Positions 20,919 to 31,606 are shown, numbered from the whole stretch's first letter. The stretch is 62,306 bases of DNA, filler included, from Planctomycetota bacterium (GCA_026991575.1; 3 parts of 3 records of this genome joined end to end with filler, not necessarily neighbours in it), one strand, 5' to 3'. A program made the numbers and translations. The notes: a model not told the origin generated them from the sequence alone.

Positions 20919-22225
20919 TTATTGCTGCGAGGAGTCCGCTGCTTGCCGTTCGGGCCGCAGCGAACGGACGATCTCGCCAGCCTGCCACATCTCTGACTCC
21001 CGGATCGCCCGCAGCTCCTGCTCGAGCTGCTCACGGTAGTCTGGCCGAGAGTTAGCCTCCAGCACGCGGCGTGTTTCGTCGCCAGCCACGACCTTCTGGT
21101 ACAGTTCCTCGAAGACCGGCTTGGTGACCTCGTAAAAGCGGCGGAACCAATCCAGCGCGCCACGCTGGGCGGTCGTCGAGCAGTTAGCGTACATCCAGTC
21201 CATACCCTTTTCGCCGATCAGCGGGTACAGACTCTGGGTCGCCTCCTCTACCGTCTCGTTAAACGCCTCGGTTGGCGAGTGACCGTGTTCGCGAAGCACC
21301 TCATATTGCGCAAGCCACAGTCCGTNNNNNNNNNNNNNNNNNNNNNNNNNNNNNNNNNNNNNNNNNNNNTTAATTAATTAANNNNNNNNNNNNNNNNNNN
21401 NNNNNNNNNNNNNNNNNNNNNNNNNTCCATACCCTTTTCGCCGATCAGCGGGTACAGACTCTGGGTCGCCTCCTCTACCGTCTCGTTAAACGCCTCGGTT
21501 GGCGAGTGACCGTGTTCGCGAAGCACCTCATATTGCGCAAGCCACAGTCCGTAGATGGCGCCCATCAATACGCCCCGCTCCCCGGTCAGATCGCTGTACA
21601 CCTCTTTCTCAAACGTGGTCGGGAATAGGAATCCGCTACCGATGCCAAATCCCATCGCGATACAGCGCTGCTCGGCACGGCCGGTATAGTCCTGGTAGAC
21701 CGCATAGCTGGCGTTAATGCCTTTGCCTTCCAGGAAGTACCGCCGCACAGTGGTACCCGAACCCTTCGGGGCAACAAGGATCACGTCGACGTTCTCCGGC
21801 GGCACGACGCCGGTGAGGTCCTTGTAGACGACTGAGAAGCCGTGCGAGAAGTAGAGGGCATCACCTTCTTTGAGGTGTTCACGGACCACCGGCCACTGCT
21901 CCTTCTGGCCGGCGTCGGACAGCAGGTACGCGACAATGGTGCCCCGCTCGACTGCTTCGGGAATGTCGAACAGAGTCTCGCCCGGCTGCCAGCCGTCCTG
22001 CTGGGCCGCCTCCCAGCTGCGCCCCCCTTTGCGCACCCCTACGATGACGCGGATCCCGTTGTCGCGCAGGTTCAGCGACTGCCCCTTACCCTGCACGCCG
22101 TAGCCGATGACAGCTACGGTTTCATCCTTGAGAATCTCGCGTACCTTCTCCGGGGGGTAGTCCGAGCGTTCCACGACCCGTTCCACTACATCGCCTATCT
22201 TGAACTCGCGCATCGTGCCAGACAC
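20919..22225 (-). CDS. ilvC: Ketol-acid reductoisomerase, artificially split by a scaffold gap
   Basis: 'IGYGVQG.GQSLNLRDNG', 'FSHGF', 'VAPKGSG', 'SDLTGERG', 'EAFNETVEE', 'NCSTTAQRGALDW'; 127 bp duplicated on both sides of the gap, and merging gives an intact 359-aa ORF. Confidence 0.95.
21326..21425. other. Assembly gap with artificial TTAATTAATTAA linker
   Basis: 100-nt N run with all-frame stop linker; flanks 21199-21325 and 21426-21552 are identical. Confidence 0.98.
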
Positions 22226-22408
22226 CTCGTCGCCTGTTGATCGGCTCGTTTCGGCGGGAAACTTCGTCTAAGCCTAGTTCTGCCCGAACTGCTTCGTCAA
22301 GCGACAGCGGCTGCCCGCACACAGCCGCCTCTCGGCGGCCCTCACGGCCGCTACCGGCCCAGCGGCAGCCACTCCGGCCCACGCGCAGCTCATCGCGAGC
22401 CGTTGCGG

Positions 22409-22771
22409 CTACGGCTGCTGTGAGTCCTCGGGCAGTCCTACATAGACCATGCCGTCGCGGACCTGAACCGGATAGGTCTGCACCTTGATCTTCGGATGAT
22501 CAGCCCAGGCACCGTCGCACAGTCGGAACCGCCAGGCGTGCCACGGGCACACAACCGTCCCGTCGACAATCCGACCGGGTGCCAGGGACGCTCCGGCATG
22601 GGGGCAGCGGTCGTCGATGGCATACAGCTTGCCCTGCCAACGGAAGACCGCGATCACCCGGCCTTCGACCCGAACCGCTTTACCCCCTTCCTCAGGCAGT
22701 TCGCTCAGTGGCAAGGCCGGGAGGAATCGGTGGCTCGGCGGGCTCATGCCGCTGTTGTCGACATCGCTCAT
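22409..22771 (-). CDS. Rieske 2Fe-2S ferredoxin (NirD-like small subunit)
   Basis: 'DRCPHAGASL' and 'CPWHAWRF'. Confidence 0.9.
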   Translation of the reverse strand: MSDVDNSGMSPPSHRFLPALPLSELPEEGGKAVRVEGRVIAVFRWQGKLYAIDDRCPHAGASLAPGRIVDGTVVCPWHAWRFRLCDGAWADHPKIKVQTYPVQVRDGMVYVGLPEDSQQP

Positions 22772-22924
22772 CGTCGCGCTTGTTCTCCGCTGCCAAACAA
22801 CGCGGTGCCGTATGCACTATTATTGGGGCTGAGCCGACCGTCATCGTTCGGTCCCCCTAACCCCTGGCCGGGGCCAGCCAAGCGTGTTAGTCGTTCGCAG
22901 ACGCGATTGTGGAACTGCCGTGAC

Positions 22925-23722
22925 ATGCGCACGAATACGGCAAAGGCAAAGCTCCAACGCGGCGAGCCGACATTCGGAACCTGGTTGTCGCTGGGCAGCG
23001 TCACGGCAGCCCGGTTCATGGCCCGGCTCGGTTTCGACTGGTTAACGGTCGATCTGGAACACACTCCGACCGACTGGGAGACAGCTGCGCTGATGTTCGG
23101 CGCGATTGCCGATGCCGGCTGTGTGCCGCTGGCGCGCGTGCCGCGGGGCGACCACGACTACATCAAGCGGGTGCTGGATGCCGGTGCCTATGGCATCGTG
23201 GTGCCCATGGTCGAGACGGTCGAACAGGCACAGGCGGCGGTGGCGGCCGCGAAGTATCCGCCGGTCGGTAACCGCTCGCTTGGCGGTGCTCTGCACGCTC
23301 TGAACTTCGCGGCCAGCGTCGCCGACTACTACGCAGCGGCTAACGACCAGGTACTCGTGGTGCTGCAGACCGAGAGCCCCCTGGGGATCAAGAACGCCCC
23401 GCAGATCTACCCGCTACCCGGCGTGGACGCGATCTTCGTGGGACCGGTGGACCTACGGGCCCGGCTCCGCTCGACCGACGGTTCCGGCCCGTCGGAAGCA
23501 AGCTTTGAGGCGGCCCTGGCCGAAGTGCTGGCAGCCGGCCGCGCAGCTGGTACGCCTGTGGGGCTGCACGTGCAGAGCGTTGCCGACGCACGCCGGCGTG
23601 CGGACGAAGGGTGGCAGTTCATCGCGATCGCAAGTGAGTTGGCTTTCATGGTGCGGGCCGCTCGTGAGGTAATCGAGGCGATTCGGCCAGAGCAGGCACC
23701 TGAAGATATCGCACGCTACTGA
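22925..23722 (+). CDS. HpcH/HpaI aldolase family protein
   Basis: 'GFDWLTVDLEH', 'IKRVLDAGA.GIVVPMV', 'YPPVGNRS', 'FVGPVDL'. Confidence 0.92.
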   Translation: MRTNTAKAKLQRGEPTFGTWLSLGSVTAARFMARLGFDWLTVDLEHTPTDWETAALMFGAIADAGCVPLARVPRGDHDYIKRVLDAGAYGIVVPMVETVEQAQAAVAAAKYPPVGNRSLGGALHALNFAASVADYYAAANDQVLVVLQTESPLGIKNAPQIYPLPGVDAIFVGPVDLRARLRSTDGSGPSEASFEAALAEVLAAGRAAGTPVGLHVQSVADARRRADEGWQFIAIASELAFMVRAAREVIEAIRPEQAPEDIARY

Positions 23723-24448
23723 TTGGGGGTAGCAACAGTGGCGCGAGCATTCACCGTGGAGCTCGTCAGCTTGCTGCTGGCATTGACGCCGGCAGCCCAG
23801 CGGACCGTCCCTCGGGCGACAACGGCCGGTCTGTCGGCCGAGGAACGAGCCCAAGGGTTTGTGTCCTTGTTCGACGGCCGCACCCTCGCCGGCTGGGAAC
23901 ACAACGGACCGCCCGGTACCTTCCGCGTCGAGAACGGACTGCTTGTTGGTCGGCGCACGAAAGGGTCGGCCTATTGGCTGAGCACGAAACGTCGGTTCAG
24001 CGACTTCGAGCTCCGGCTCCAGTTCAAGATTGAGCCGGGTGGCAACAGCGGCATCTTCATCCGCGCGCCACACGAGGGCAGGACGTCGCGCGAAGGGATG
24101 GAGATCCAGATCATCGACGACGCGCGCCTGCCGAACGCCCCGAACAAGGGATCCATGGGCGCCATCTACGGTGTCGTGGCTCCGAAGAAGCAAGCGGCCA
24201 GGCCCGCGGGCCAGTGGAACGACCTGTGGATCCGGTGCGAAGGCGACCGCATCACCGTGACGTTGAACGGCGTCGTCGTTAACGACGTCCGCATGTCGGA
24301 CTACCCAGCGCTGCGGCACCGACCGCGGTGCGGGTACATTGGACTGTCGGCCCACACCGGCACGGTGTGGTTCCGCAACATTCGAATCAAGGTGCTGGGG
24401 AAACAGGGTACGCAGACCGCTCAGCGTAGCCATGAACACGAGGATTAA
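23723..24448 (+). CDS. DUF1080 (3-keto-disaccharide hydrolase-like) protein
   Basis: 'GFVSLFDGRTLAGW', 'DFELRLQFK', 'GNSGIFIR', 'EIQIID', 'GQWN', 'VWFRNIRIK'. Confidence 0.9.
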   Translation: MGVATVARAFTVELVSLLLALTPAAQRTVPRATTAGLSAEERAQGFVSLFDGRTLAGWEHNGPPGTFRVENGLLVGRRTKGSAYWLSTKRRFSDFELRLQFKIEPGGNSGIFIRAPHEGRTSREGMEIQIIDDARLPNAPNKGSMGAIYGVVAPKKQAARPAGQWNDLWIRCEGDRITVTLNGVVVNDVRMSDYPALRHRPRCGYIGLSAHTGTVWFRNIRIKVLGKQGTQTAQRSHEHED

Positions 24449-24806
24449 AATCACGGCCGGTTCGGTCGTCGTAGAAGCAGAACTGAACGATTCGCCATCG
24501 GCACAGGCCATCGCCCGTGCCCTGCCGTTCGAAAGCCGTGTGAACACGTGGGGCGAGGAGATCTACTTCTCGATCCCGGTCCAGTGCGAGCTTGAAGAGA
24601 CGGCTCGCACGGGAATGACAGTCGGCGAACTGGGCTACTGGCCGCCAGGACAGGCGCTGTGCCTGTTCTTCGGGCCGACGCCGGCGTCCACGGGGGATGA
24701 ACCCCGGGCGGCCAGCCCGGTCAACCCGGTGGGCCGCTTGCTCAGTGACCCCGGGGTCTTGAAGGACGTCGAGCCAGGCACGACCATTCGAGTGGAAAGA
24801 GTGTAG
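24432..24806 (+). CDS. Cyclophilin-like fold protein (DUF369/TM1367-like)
   Basis: 'WGEEIYF', 'GELGYWPPG.ALCLFFGPTP', 'ASPVNPVG'. Confidence 0.88.
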   Translation: MNTRIKITAGSVVVEAELNDSPSAQAIARALPFESRVNTWGEEIYFSIPVQCELEETARTGMTVGELGYWPPGQALCLFFGPTPASTGDEPRAASPVNPVGRLLSDPGVLKDVEPGTTIRVERV

Positions 24807-24941
24807 CACCGATCCAATCCGGCCGCCTTCCCGGTGGTGTGCACCGTCAGTGGACGGCGAGCGGGACGATCGGACGGGCCCCGTACGCTGAATTCGCAAG
24901 AACGCCCGTTGGCCCGTGGTTCCGGCGTCGGCGGTGCGCCG

Positions 24942-26048
24942 TCAGTCTGGCTCGGCCAGATCTGTCGTACGACGCAGGCGCTCCTCGATGAACTTCGGAT
25001 AACGCGCGTGGCTTACGGCTGTGTCGTAGCTGATGTCGCCTCGGGTGTAGAGCTCCAGCAGGGCCATGTCCAGCGTATGCATGTTTTCCTTGCGACCCAT
25101 CTGCATTTCGGAATAAATCTTTTGTGTTTCGCCGTAACGAATGTGATTTCGCACGGCTGTGTTGGCAATGCAGACTTCGCAGGCCAGCACGCGGCCAGTA
25201 CCATCTGCCTTTGGAAGCAGGCGTTGGGCAATCACCGCTTGCAGGGAGCCGGCCAGCTGCTGTTGCACAATCGCCCGCACCTCAGGGGGAACAGCGTGGA
25301 TGATCCGATCGGCGGTTTGCACGGTGTCGGCTGTGTGCAGTGTCGCCAGCACCAGGTGACCTGTCTCAGCGGCGTCCAGAGCGGTACGGATCGTCTCCGG
25401 TTCGCGTAGCTCCCCGACCACGATCACATCAGGGTCCTGGCGCAGGGCGTGGACGAGCCCCGCGTAGAAGCTGTCCACGTCGGTGCCGACTTCCTGCTGC
25501 ACGACGATGCTGAGCCGGTTGGAATGCTCGAACTCGACCGGATCCTCCAGCGTGATGATCTTGCACCGCCGCTCGTGGTTGATCAGGTTGATCATGTAGT
25601 TCAGCGTGGTTGTCTTGCCCATGCCCGTCGGCCCGACGATCAGCACCAGCCCCCAGGGCTTGCGTGCCAGCTCGTCGATAACTTCCGGCAGCCCCAACTC
25701 CTCCCGTGACGCGATGTTTTCACGGCAAACGCGCAGGCAGAGTTCGGGCACGCCGGCGCGAAAGTAAACCGCGGCCCGGAAGCGCCCGTGGGGCTCGATT
25801 CGACGGGCAATGCAGAGCTGCTTCTGAGCGACAAAGCGGTCGCGCTCTTCGGCAGTCAACAGTTCCTGCAACAGGCGGTCCAAGTCCTGGGCAGTCAGCG
25901 GCGGGCCTTCAGCCAGACAGATGCGTCCGGCCACCCGATACGCTGGCGCTACGCCGCAGACCAGATGCACGTCGCTGGCGCCAAACTTCCGCGCCGCTTT
26001 CAGTAACCGATCCCACGTCCAGGGCGAGCGATAGGAGGTGTCGTGCAT
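24942..26048 (-). CDS. pilT: PilT/PilU-family type IV pilus ATPase
   Basis: 'ASDVHL', Walker A GPTGMGKTTT, 'ITLEDPVEF', 'ALRQDPDVIVVGELR', 'AAETGHLV.ATLHT'; 'AVRNHIR' resembles the PilT AIRNLIRE motif. Confidence 0.9.
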   Translation of the reverse strand: MHDTSYRSPWTWDRLLKAARKFGASDVHLVCGVAPAYRVAGRICLAEGPPLTAQDLDRLLQELLTAEERDRFVAQKQLCIARRIEPHGRFRAAVYFRAGVPELCLRVCRENIASREELGLPEVIDELARKPWGLVLIVGPTGMGKTTTLNYMINLINHERRCKIITLEDPVEFEHSNRLSIVVQQEVGTDVDSFYAGLVHALRQDPDVIVVGELREPETIRTALDAAETGHLVLATLHTADTVQTADRIIHAVPPEVRAIVQQQLAGSLQAVIAQRLLPKADGTGRVLACEVCIANTAVRNHIRYGETQKIYSEMQMGRKENMHTLDMALLELYTRGDISYDTAVSHARYPKFIEERLRRTTDLAEPD

Positions 26049-26087
26049 TGGCGTCTCCGCCCCAGTTGCGCTAACCGGATCCCATGC

Positions 26088-26849
26088 CTACTGACCCCCA
26101 CGCCACAGCCGTCCCAGGAACTGAATGAACCGTGATCGGTTCGTTCGGCGGAGCAGTTCGAGGGCGTCGGCGTATCCTGGCTTGAGCTCAATCGCCCGTT
26201 CCAGGCTGGCGCGGGCGTCCTCGCGCAGGCCAAGAGCCAGTTCAATCCGGCCGCGGACCAACCAGGCATAGGGCGCATCGCTCGACTGCTGGATCGAGCG
26301 GACGGCGTAGCGGTGTGCCGCTGCGTATTGCTCGTGGTACTCCAGGGCAAGGGCGACTTCGAGCGTCAGGAGCCAGTCTTTCGCCAACGCCACCGCTCGC
26401 TCAAAGCAACTGTGCTCTCGGTCCAGGCGGGCCACCGTGAACAGTTCGCCCCGGACCAGCCAGCGATAGGCCGACTCGCCCGGCTGCTCAAACGCGCGGC
26501 TAATCAGACCGTGCGCCTCGCTGCCGCGCCCCAGCCGCAGTTCCGCCTGAGCCAGCGCGGCCAGCAGGTCCGGCCCCCCTTTTAGCACGTCTATGGCCTT
26601 GCGGCCCCAGGTACGTGCCTCGCCGAGATGGTCCGCCAGGATGAGCGACTGAATCTGCCCCAGCCATCCCTCGTGCAGCTTCGGATCCAGCTCCAGGCAG
26701 CGCGTGTAGTAACGCAGGGCGGCTTGATAGCAGCCCATCTCACGCGCGCCGCGAGCCTGTGTCAGCCAGTATTCCACCCGCCGCGTTTCCGTCGGCTTCG
26801 CTCCGGCGGGCTGTTGGGCGTCGAACTCGAGTCGCCGGAAGCGGCTCAC
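26088..26849 (-). CDS. Tetratricopeptide repeat protein
   Basis: Repeated 'A...Y..CLELDP', 'AW..RG', 'A...LERAIELKP' helices. Confidence 0.85.
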   Translation of the reverse strand: MSRFRRLEFDAQQPAGAKPTETRRVEYWLTQARGAREMGCYQAALRYYTRCLELDPKLHEGWLGQIQSLILADHLGEARTWGRKAIDVLKGGPDLLAALAQAELRLGRGSEAHGLISRAFEQPGESAYRWLVRGELFTVARLDREHSCFERAVALAKDWLLTLEVALALEYHEQYAAAHRYAVRSIQQSSDAPYAWLVRGRIELALGLREDARASLERAIELKPGYADALELLRRTNRSRFIQFLGRLWRGGQ

Positions 26850-26871
26850 GGACCGTCCACCTCACATCGGC

Positions 26872-27906
26872 TCAGTACCATCGCCAGTGACGGATCGGCC
26901 ACGTGCGGGCCACGACCCGCGCGGCCAGCCGGTAGCGTTCGATCAGCACCGCAGCACAGGCGGTTCGATCATCCCGCACGAACAGGAGCAGGACAGCGTA
27001 TGGTGCCCCAGGCCGAAGCTGACCGTAAAGGCGCCGCAGGGACCGCTGGTCAGGAAGTTCCCGGACGCCGCTGAGACCGTACCGTTCGAGCAGTCGGCCT
27101 AGCTCCTCGGAGCCTATCGGAGCCTCCGGGTCCGAGTTTGCAGCCAACAGTACGGCTGGCACCGTGCCTGTGACGTACTGGGCTGGCCCGATCTGTATTC
27201 CACCAGCTCGGACCAGTACGAGATCACCCGGGCGCGAGCGGAAACGTCCCAGCTGCTGGGCAAAGTAGAGTCCACGTCCCAAGCGGTCTCCCGGCAAGTC
27301 CACCGCTACAGCGTAGCCCACCAGGCGGTGCAAGAACCAGAAGAGGGTGGCATAGGCGCAGACGGTGGTCGCGGCACAGGCTCCCATTAACAACATCCGA
27401 CGCCCGGAGCTGATGACGCGGGATTGTCGCAGGACGAGCAGGCTGGCCACGGCTACGGGGAAAACCACCAGTAGATGCAACACAACGATGACCGGACTGA
27501 GCACGTCCACTGGCATCACCGGTTGCCATACCCAGCGGATGGCGCACAGAACAGCCAGGGCGAGGCTGGTCAAGGCGCCGACGGAGGCGCGCTGGCTGAG
27601 CAACGGTCCGAGAATCGGCACCCACATCGCCGCCCACCAGAGTTGCCCAAGCCAGGCAACGTCGAACTGCCTCAGAAACGAATCCTGTTCCCAGTCCTCT
27701 TCCGCGGTCACTGCCGCGACGACACCGCGACGAGCGCGCCAGCGTCGGTAGCGCCGCACGGCCAGGAGCCGATCCAGTCGGCTGAGCAGTCCCCCGCTTG
27801 GCGGGACGACATCAGCCGGTGTCAGGGCCACGTCAAACGCCGCACCGCACCGGGCACACTGTCTGCTACCGGGCAGGTTGAAGAACCCGCACCCAGGACA
27901 CTTCAT
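26872..27906 (-). CDS. Zinc-ribbon membrane protein
   Basis: N-terminal CPGC-x10-CARC; about four TM segments. Confidence 0.7.
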   Translation of the reverse strand: MKCPGCGFFNLPGSRQCARCGAAFDVALTPADVVPPSGGLLSRLDRLLAVRRYRRWRARRGVVAAVTAEEDWEQDSFLRQFDVAWLGQLWWAAMWVPILGPLLSQRASVGALTSLALAVLCAIRWVWQPVMPVDVLSPVIVVLHLLVVFPVAVASLLVLRQSRVISSGRRMLLMGACAATTVCAYATLFWFLHRLVGYAVAVDLPGDRLGRGLYFAQQLGRFRSRPGDLVLVRAGGIQIGPAQYVTGTVPAVLLAANSDPEAPIGSEELGRLLERYGLSGVRELPDQRSLRRLYGQLRPGAPYAVLLLFVRDDRTACAAVLIERYRLAARVVARTWPIRHWRWY

Positions 27907-27912
27907 GCCGGG

Positions 27913-28140
27913 CTACCCACTGCGACGCGTCGGTCTGACCGTTTGACCGGTGACGCCGACGTCGACGTCGACCTGAACCGACTCATAGTACTCGGGCTTG
28001 CGGACGACCTCTTCCGTGCGTGCCTGCAGCAACAGGCGCACCTTCTCGGCCAGCTTCTCGCACTCGCTTCCTTTGATGCCGAAGGTCTCGACCCGGACCT
28101 TGCCATCGGGCGTGATGATGATTTCCAGGTATTCCTGCAT
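27913..28140 (-). CDS. DUF2997 family protein
   Basis: 'IIITPDGKVRVETFGIKGSEC', 'KPEYY'. Confidence 0.85.
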   Translation of the reverse strand: MQEYLEIIITPDGKVRVETFGIKGSECEKLAEKVRLLLQARTEEVVRKPEYYESVQVDVDVGVTGQTVRPTRRSG

Positions 28141-28171
28141 CGTTCGTGTCCCTCTTCAGCGGCAAGTGGTG

Positions 28172-28618
28172 TCAAAACGGTTTGACCACGAGGCGAATCG
28201 ACTGGTCTTCCAGGACTTCCTCCTCTTGCACCTGTGCGCCCCGCGCCTCCAGCTCGCTGCGCAGCGTGTGGTACGCGTACTGCTGCAGGATCTTCCCCGC
28301 CAGTTCTTTACCAAGCCGTTGCAGTTCCCCGGCACTTAGGGGGCCATCCATGCAGATCTGCAGCCGACCGTTGGGGCCAACCCGGATCTCCGCGGTGACA
28401 TCACCGCGTACAAGCACCGCCAGTACACCGACCGGCAGCTCGCTGCTGAGTTCGCTCTGCTCGACCTCGACCGTTGCCTTGGATTGCCGCCGCGCAAGCT
28501 GTGGTCGAACGTGCCGCAATTCATAGCCCAGTGCGGTCGCGGCGGCGGCAGCGAACGAAGTGACCAACGGCATGGCCGTAGCCACGATTACCGGACAAGC
28601 AACGATGACAACGCTCAT
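28172..28618 (-). CDS. DUF1257 / Ycf35-like protein
   Basis: C-terminal 'ILQQYAY....ELEARG..V.EEE..EDQSIRLVV'; strong GGAGG before ATG 28618. Confidence 0.7.
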   Translation of the reverse strand: MSVVIVACPVIVATAMPLVTSFAAAAATALGYELRHVRPQLARRQSKATVEVEQSELSSELPVGVLAVLVRGDVTAEIRVGPNGRLQICMDGPLSAGELQRLGKELAGKILQQYAYHTLRSELEARGAQVQEEEVLEDQSIRLVVKPF

Positions 28619-28638
28619 CGGGCTACCTCCTCGACGAA

Positions 28639-30330
28639 TCAAAGCTCCAATTTGCGGTGACGAACCTGTTGGAACTGCTGTTGTTCAGGTGTGGTCGCCA
28701 GTCGCGCCCTGCCCTGAGCCCACGAACGCAGTTGAGTCAACTGATCGCTCATCGTCTTGGACAATGGCACGGTCTGAGCGATTGCCTGGGCGATCAACTC
28801 GGTGCTCAGCTCTTCACCCCGGTAGAAGGCGTCGAACAGAGCCGAGACGACCGCTTCCTCGATCTCCGCGCCGCTGAAGCCTTCAGACTGAGCGGCGAGA
28901 AGATCGAGATCAAAGCGGGACGGATCTCGACCACGGCGGGCAATATGGATGCGGAAGATCTCCTTTCGTTCGCGGGTCGTGGGCAGGTCAACGAAGAAGA
29001 TCTCGTCCAGGCGGCCCTTCCGCAGCAATTCCGGGGGCACGGATTCGAGGCTGTTCGCGGTGGCCACGACGAAAACCGGGGCTGTCTTTTCAGCCAGCCA
29101 GGTCAGGAACGTGGCCAGCACGCGTGCCGCAGTGCCGGAGTCACCGGCTCCGGCGGCCGCTCCGGCCAGCGCCTTATCGATCTCATCGACCCACAGGATG
29201 CACGGTGCAACGCTCTCGGCGGTCTGGATCGCACGGCGCATGTTCTCTTCGGACGAGCCCAGCATGCTGCCGAACAGTCGCCCGACATCCATGCGCAGCA
29301 GTGGCATTCGCCACAGGTTCGCCACCGCTTTCGCGCACAGGCTCTTGCCGCACCCTTGCACGCCCAACAACAGCACGCCACGCGGATGAGGTAACCCGAA
29401 CGCCTTGGCCCGGGTGGTGAAGGCCAGGCCGCGCTTGCGGAGCCAGTCCTTCAATGCGTCCAGTCCGCCGACATCGTCCAGCCGTTCGCTCGTCTCGTAA
29501 TAGTCCAGCACGCCGCTCTTGCGGATGATCTGCCGCTTCTCGCTGTAGATCGTCTCGATGTCTTCGCCGCTCAGCCCGCCGTCCACCACAAGCGCCTTGG
29601 CGAAGACGTTTTCCGCTTCACGCAGCGTCAGCCCGCGGGCCGACTGCACCAGCTTCTCACGCTCTTGAGGCGAAAGGTCGATCCGAACAGCCGGGTTTTC
29701 CTTCAGTTCCTCGATCAGCCGGTCGAGCAGAGCGTTCAGCTCGTCAGTACCCGGCAGCGGGAACTCCACGACGGTCACATCCTTGTCCAGATCGGTGGCC
29801 AGACGGAGGCGAGGGGCAACGAGGACGATTGTCTTGTAGGAATCCCGGAGTTCGTACGCGGCGTCCCGCAGCTTGCGGATCACCGAAAGGTTGCACCGGA
29901 TCTCTTCGGTGTACCAGTGGAAGTCTTTGAAGAGGAAGATCGCGTTCTCGGTGCTGTTGATCACGGCGTCCAGTGCCACGACCGGATCAGCGGTGTTGCC
30001 GGGGCGGCCCGAAGGATCGCTGCCGTGGCGGCGCAATCCCTGGGTGCAAGTCCAGATGTAGAGCTGCTTGCCTCGTCGGCGTGCAATCCGCCACAGCGCC
30101 TGCTCCACTCGCTCCTCCTCGGAGGTCACGACGTAGATGACCGAGTAGCGGGCCCGAATCAGGACGTCCAACTCGGCCACGACGCTCTGCGGCTGGCTGC
30201 CTGCCCGGCCAGGGTCTGAACGTGCCGGTGTACCGGCCGTTCGACTCCGCGGCAACTGACCATCGCCCTTCGTTCGGGGCACCCCAACCGGGGATCCGCC
30301 TGTGTGGACTGGCTTACCGTCTCGGTTCAT
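28639..30330 (-). CDS. AAA+ ATPase, Ycf46-like
   Basis: 'LIRARY..IYV...EEER', '[12 protein letters not shown]', 'GVQGCGKSL', 'GSSEENMR', 'LWVDEIDK', '[19 protein letters not shown]', 'GFSGAEIE', 'LRSWA..RAR'. Confidence 0.92.
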   Translation of the reverse strand: MNRDGKPVHTGGSPVGVPRTKGDGQLPRSRTAGTPARSDPGRAGSQPQSVVAELDVLIRARYSVIYVVTSEEERVEQALWRIARRRGKQLYIWTCTQGLRRHGSDPSGRPGNTADPVVALDAVINSTENAIFLFKDFHWYTEEIRCNLSVIRKLRDAAYELRDSYKTIVLVAPRLRLATDLDKDVTVVEFPLPGTDELNALLDRLIEELKENPAVRIDLSPQEREKLVQSARGLTLREAENVFAKALVVDGGLSGEDIETIYSEKRQIIRKSGVLDYYETSERLDDVGGLDALKDWLRKRGLAFTTRAKAFGLPHPRGVLLLGVQGCGKSLCAKAVANLWRMPLLRMDVGRLFGSMLGSSEENMRRAIQTAESVAPCILWVDEIDKALAGAAAGAGDSGTAARVLATFLTWLAEKTAPVFVVATANSLESVPPELLRKGRLDEIFFVDLPTTRERKEIFRIHIARRGRDPSRFDLDLLAAQSEGFSGAEIEEAVVSALFDAFYRGEELSTELIAQAIAQTVPLSKTMSDQLTQLRSWAQGRARLATTPEQQQFQQVRHRKLEL

Positions 30331-30596
30331 GCTGTCGTCTCGTCAGTTGCACCGTCACCAGTAGGTTCCACCGCGATGCACGGCATCTCACCGTCCCGCT
30401 GGCACCAGCCCAACCGCTTCATCAGGGCCACCAGTGCCGGAGTCGCATGCAGCACGAGGACGCGACCGTCCGGCGCCAGCACGATCTCGCTCGCAGCTCC
30501 CCCCTCAAGCGACTCGGCTTCCGTCGAAAGTGAGTCCCTCTGGGGGACGCAGTCCGGAGTCGCGAACGATGCGGACTGCCTGCTCGATTTCGTCAT
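30327..30596 (-). CDS. Small hypothetical protein in the AAA operon
   Basis: 'EIVLAPDGRVLV..ATPAL..L...LG'; stop overlaps the AAA start (ATGA); start uncertain. Confidence 0.45.
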   Translation of the reverse strand: MTKSSRQSASFATPDCVPQRDSLSTEAESLEGGAASEIVLAPDGRVLVLHATPALVALMKRLGWCQRDGEMPCIAVEPTGDGATDETTA

Positions 30597-31392
30597 GGCG
30601 ACAAAGTCTCCCAAGCTGCGGATCGCGGCGCGCACGCCAGCGTGGCAAGTACCCGGTACAGAGTCGGAATGGAACATGTGGCAGGTTTTCACGCAGCCAC
30701 GCGACGGTTGGAACCAGACAACATTCCAGGTGACCGGGCATGAGCAGGTGACGGACCACCAGTGTCTGTCCCCAGTCGTCAAGCATCGTCAGATTGCGGC
30801 GGACAACGGCCACGTAGTTCGCATCGCCACAGAGTTGGCGTGCACAGGCAGCGTTGCCGAACTTCAGGTCGACGACGAACGCGTGTACGACCCCGCGCAG
30901 GAGTTCCAGGGCCTCCACCGTAGCGTGGCCGGCGGTTTTCCAGACGACAGGTGGCAGGTCGTCACAGGCGGCCATCACGCGCAGGATCGCCGGTAGGTGG
31001 ATCGTCGGATCGCCGCCCACCCATTGCAGCGTCCGAGCACCGCGAGCCCTGCCCCACTCGACCAGTCGTCGGAACAGCTCCGGGGTGAGCGGCCGGCCCC
31101 GGTGCGCATCGACGGACGCGTGCTCCGCGATGCAGAAAACGCAGCGTAGGTCACAACCGGACAGATAGAGCAGGTGCGACGGCGCAAAGGACGGTTCTTC
31201 GCCGCAGTCGATCGAGTGTGCGTAGAGGTACGCATCTGCTGATGCGCGACAGAGACCGGCTGGTTTTCTGGAGCGGTCCACACCGCAACGGTGTGCACAA
31301 AGCCGACATGGCGAAAGCAGCGCGGTGGCTGCTCTCAGCCGCTCGGCGCAGCGGTATCGCACATCGGATGTGGCGTTCGGACTCGTCAACAC
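30505..31392 (-). CDS. Radical SAM protein, PflX / PFL-activase-like
   Basis: N-terminal 'CRLCAHRCGVDR', 'GEE', CxxxCxxC 'GCDLRCVFC', 'GGDPT', 'DLKFGN', 'VRHLLMPGH'. Confidence 0.88.
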   Translation of the reverse strand: MLTSPNATSDVRYRCAERLRAATALLSPCRLCAHRCGVDRSRKPAGLCRASADAYLYAHSIDCGEEPSFAPSHLLYLSGCDLRCVFCIAEHASVDAHRGRPLTPELFRRLVEWGRARGARTLQWVGGDPTIHLPAILRVMAACDDLPPVVWKTAGHATVEALELLRGVVHAFVVDLKFGNAACARQLCGDANYVAVVRRNLTMLDDWGQTLVVRHLLMPGHLECCLVPTVAWLRENLPHVPFRLCTGYLPRWRARRDPQLGRLCRHDEIEQAVRIVRDSGLRPPEGLTFDGSRVA

Positions 31393-31606
31393 TGCACCCG
31401 CCTTCGCCGCAGTGCAGTGGCCCCTGCATTCGCCAGCGCATTATAGTCGCCCGAAAGTCCAACTTCGAAGCCCCTCACCGCGTGACCGAGCTCTTGCGTA
31501 GACCAAGCGCATCGTTGCTGGCCACCTCGGCCGTCGACGTGACCGCACTGACTGCGAAGAGCAGTGACCGGCGGGAGCTGGATCGGTCCCCGGCTGCGGA
31601 ACTCAA

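Noticed and set aside
21370..21381. TTAATTAATTAA palindrome (also 41890-41901)
   Set aside because: Artificial linker inside N runs
30505..31392. Radical SAM enzyme as maturase (sactipeptide/ranthipeptide) for the Cys-rich peptides
   Set aside because: PflX-like with no SPASM or RRE region, in a different operon more than 20 kb away across a gap; the peptides look exported
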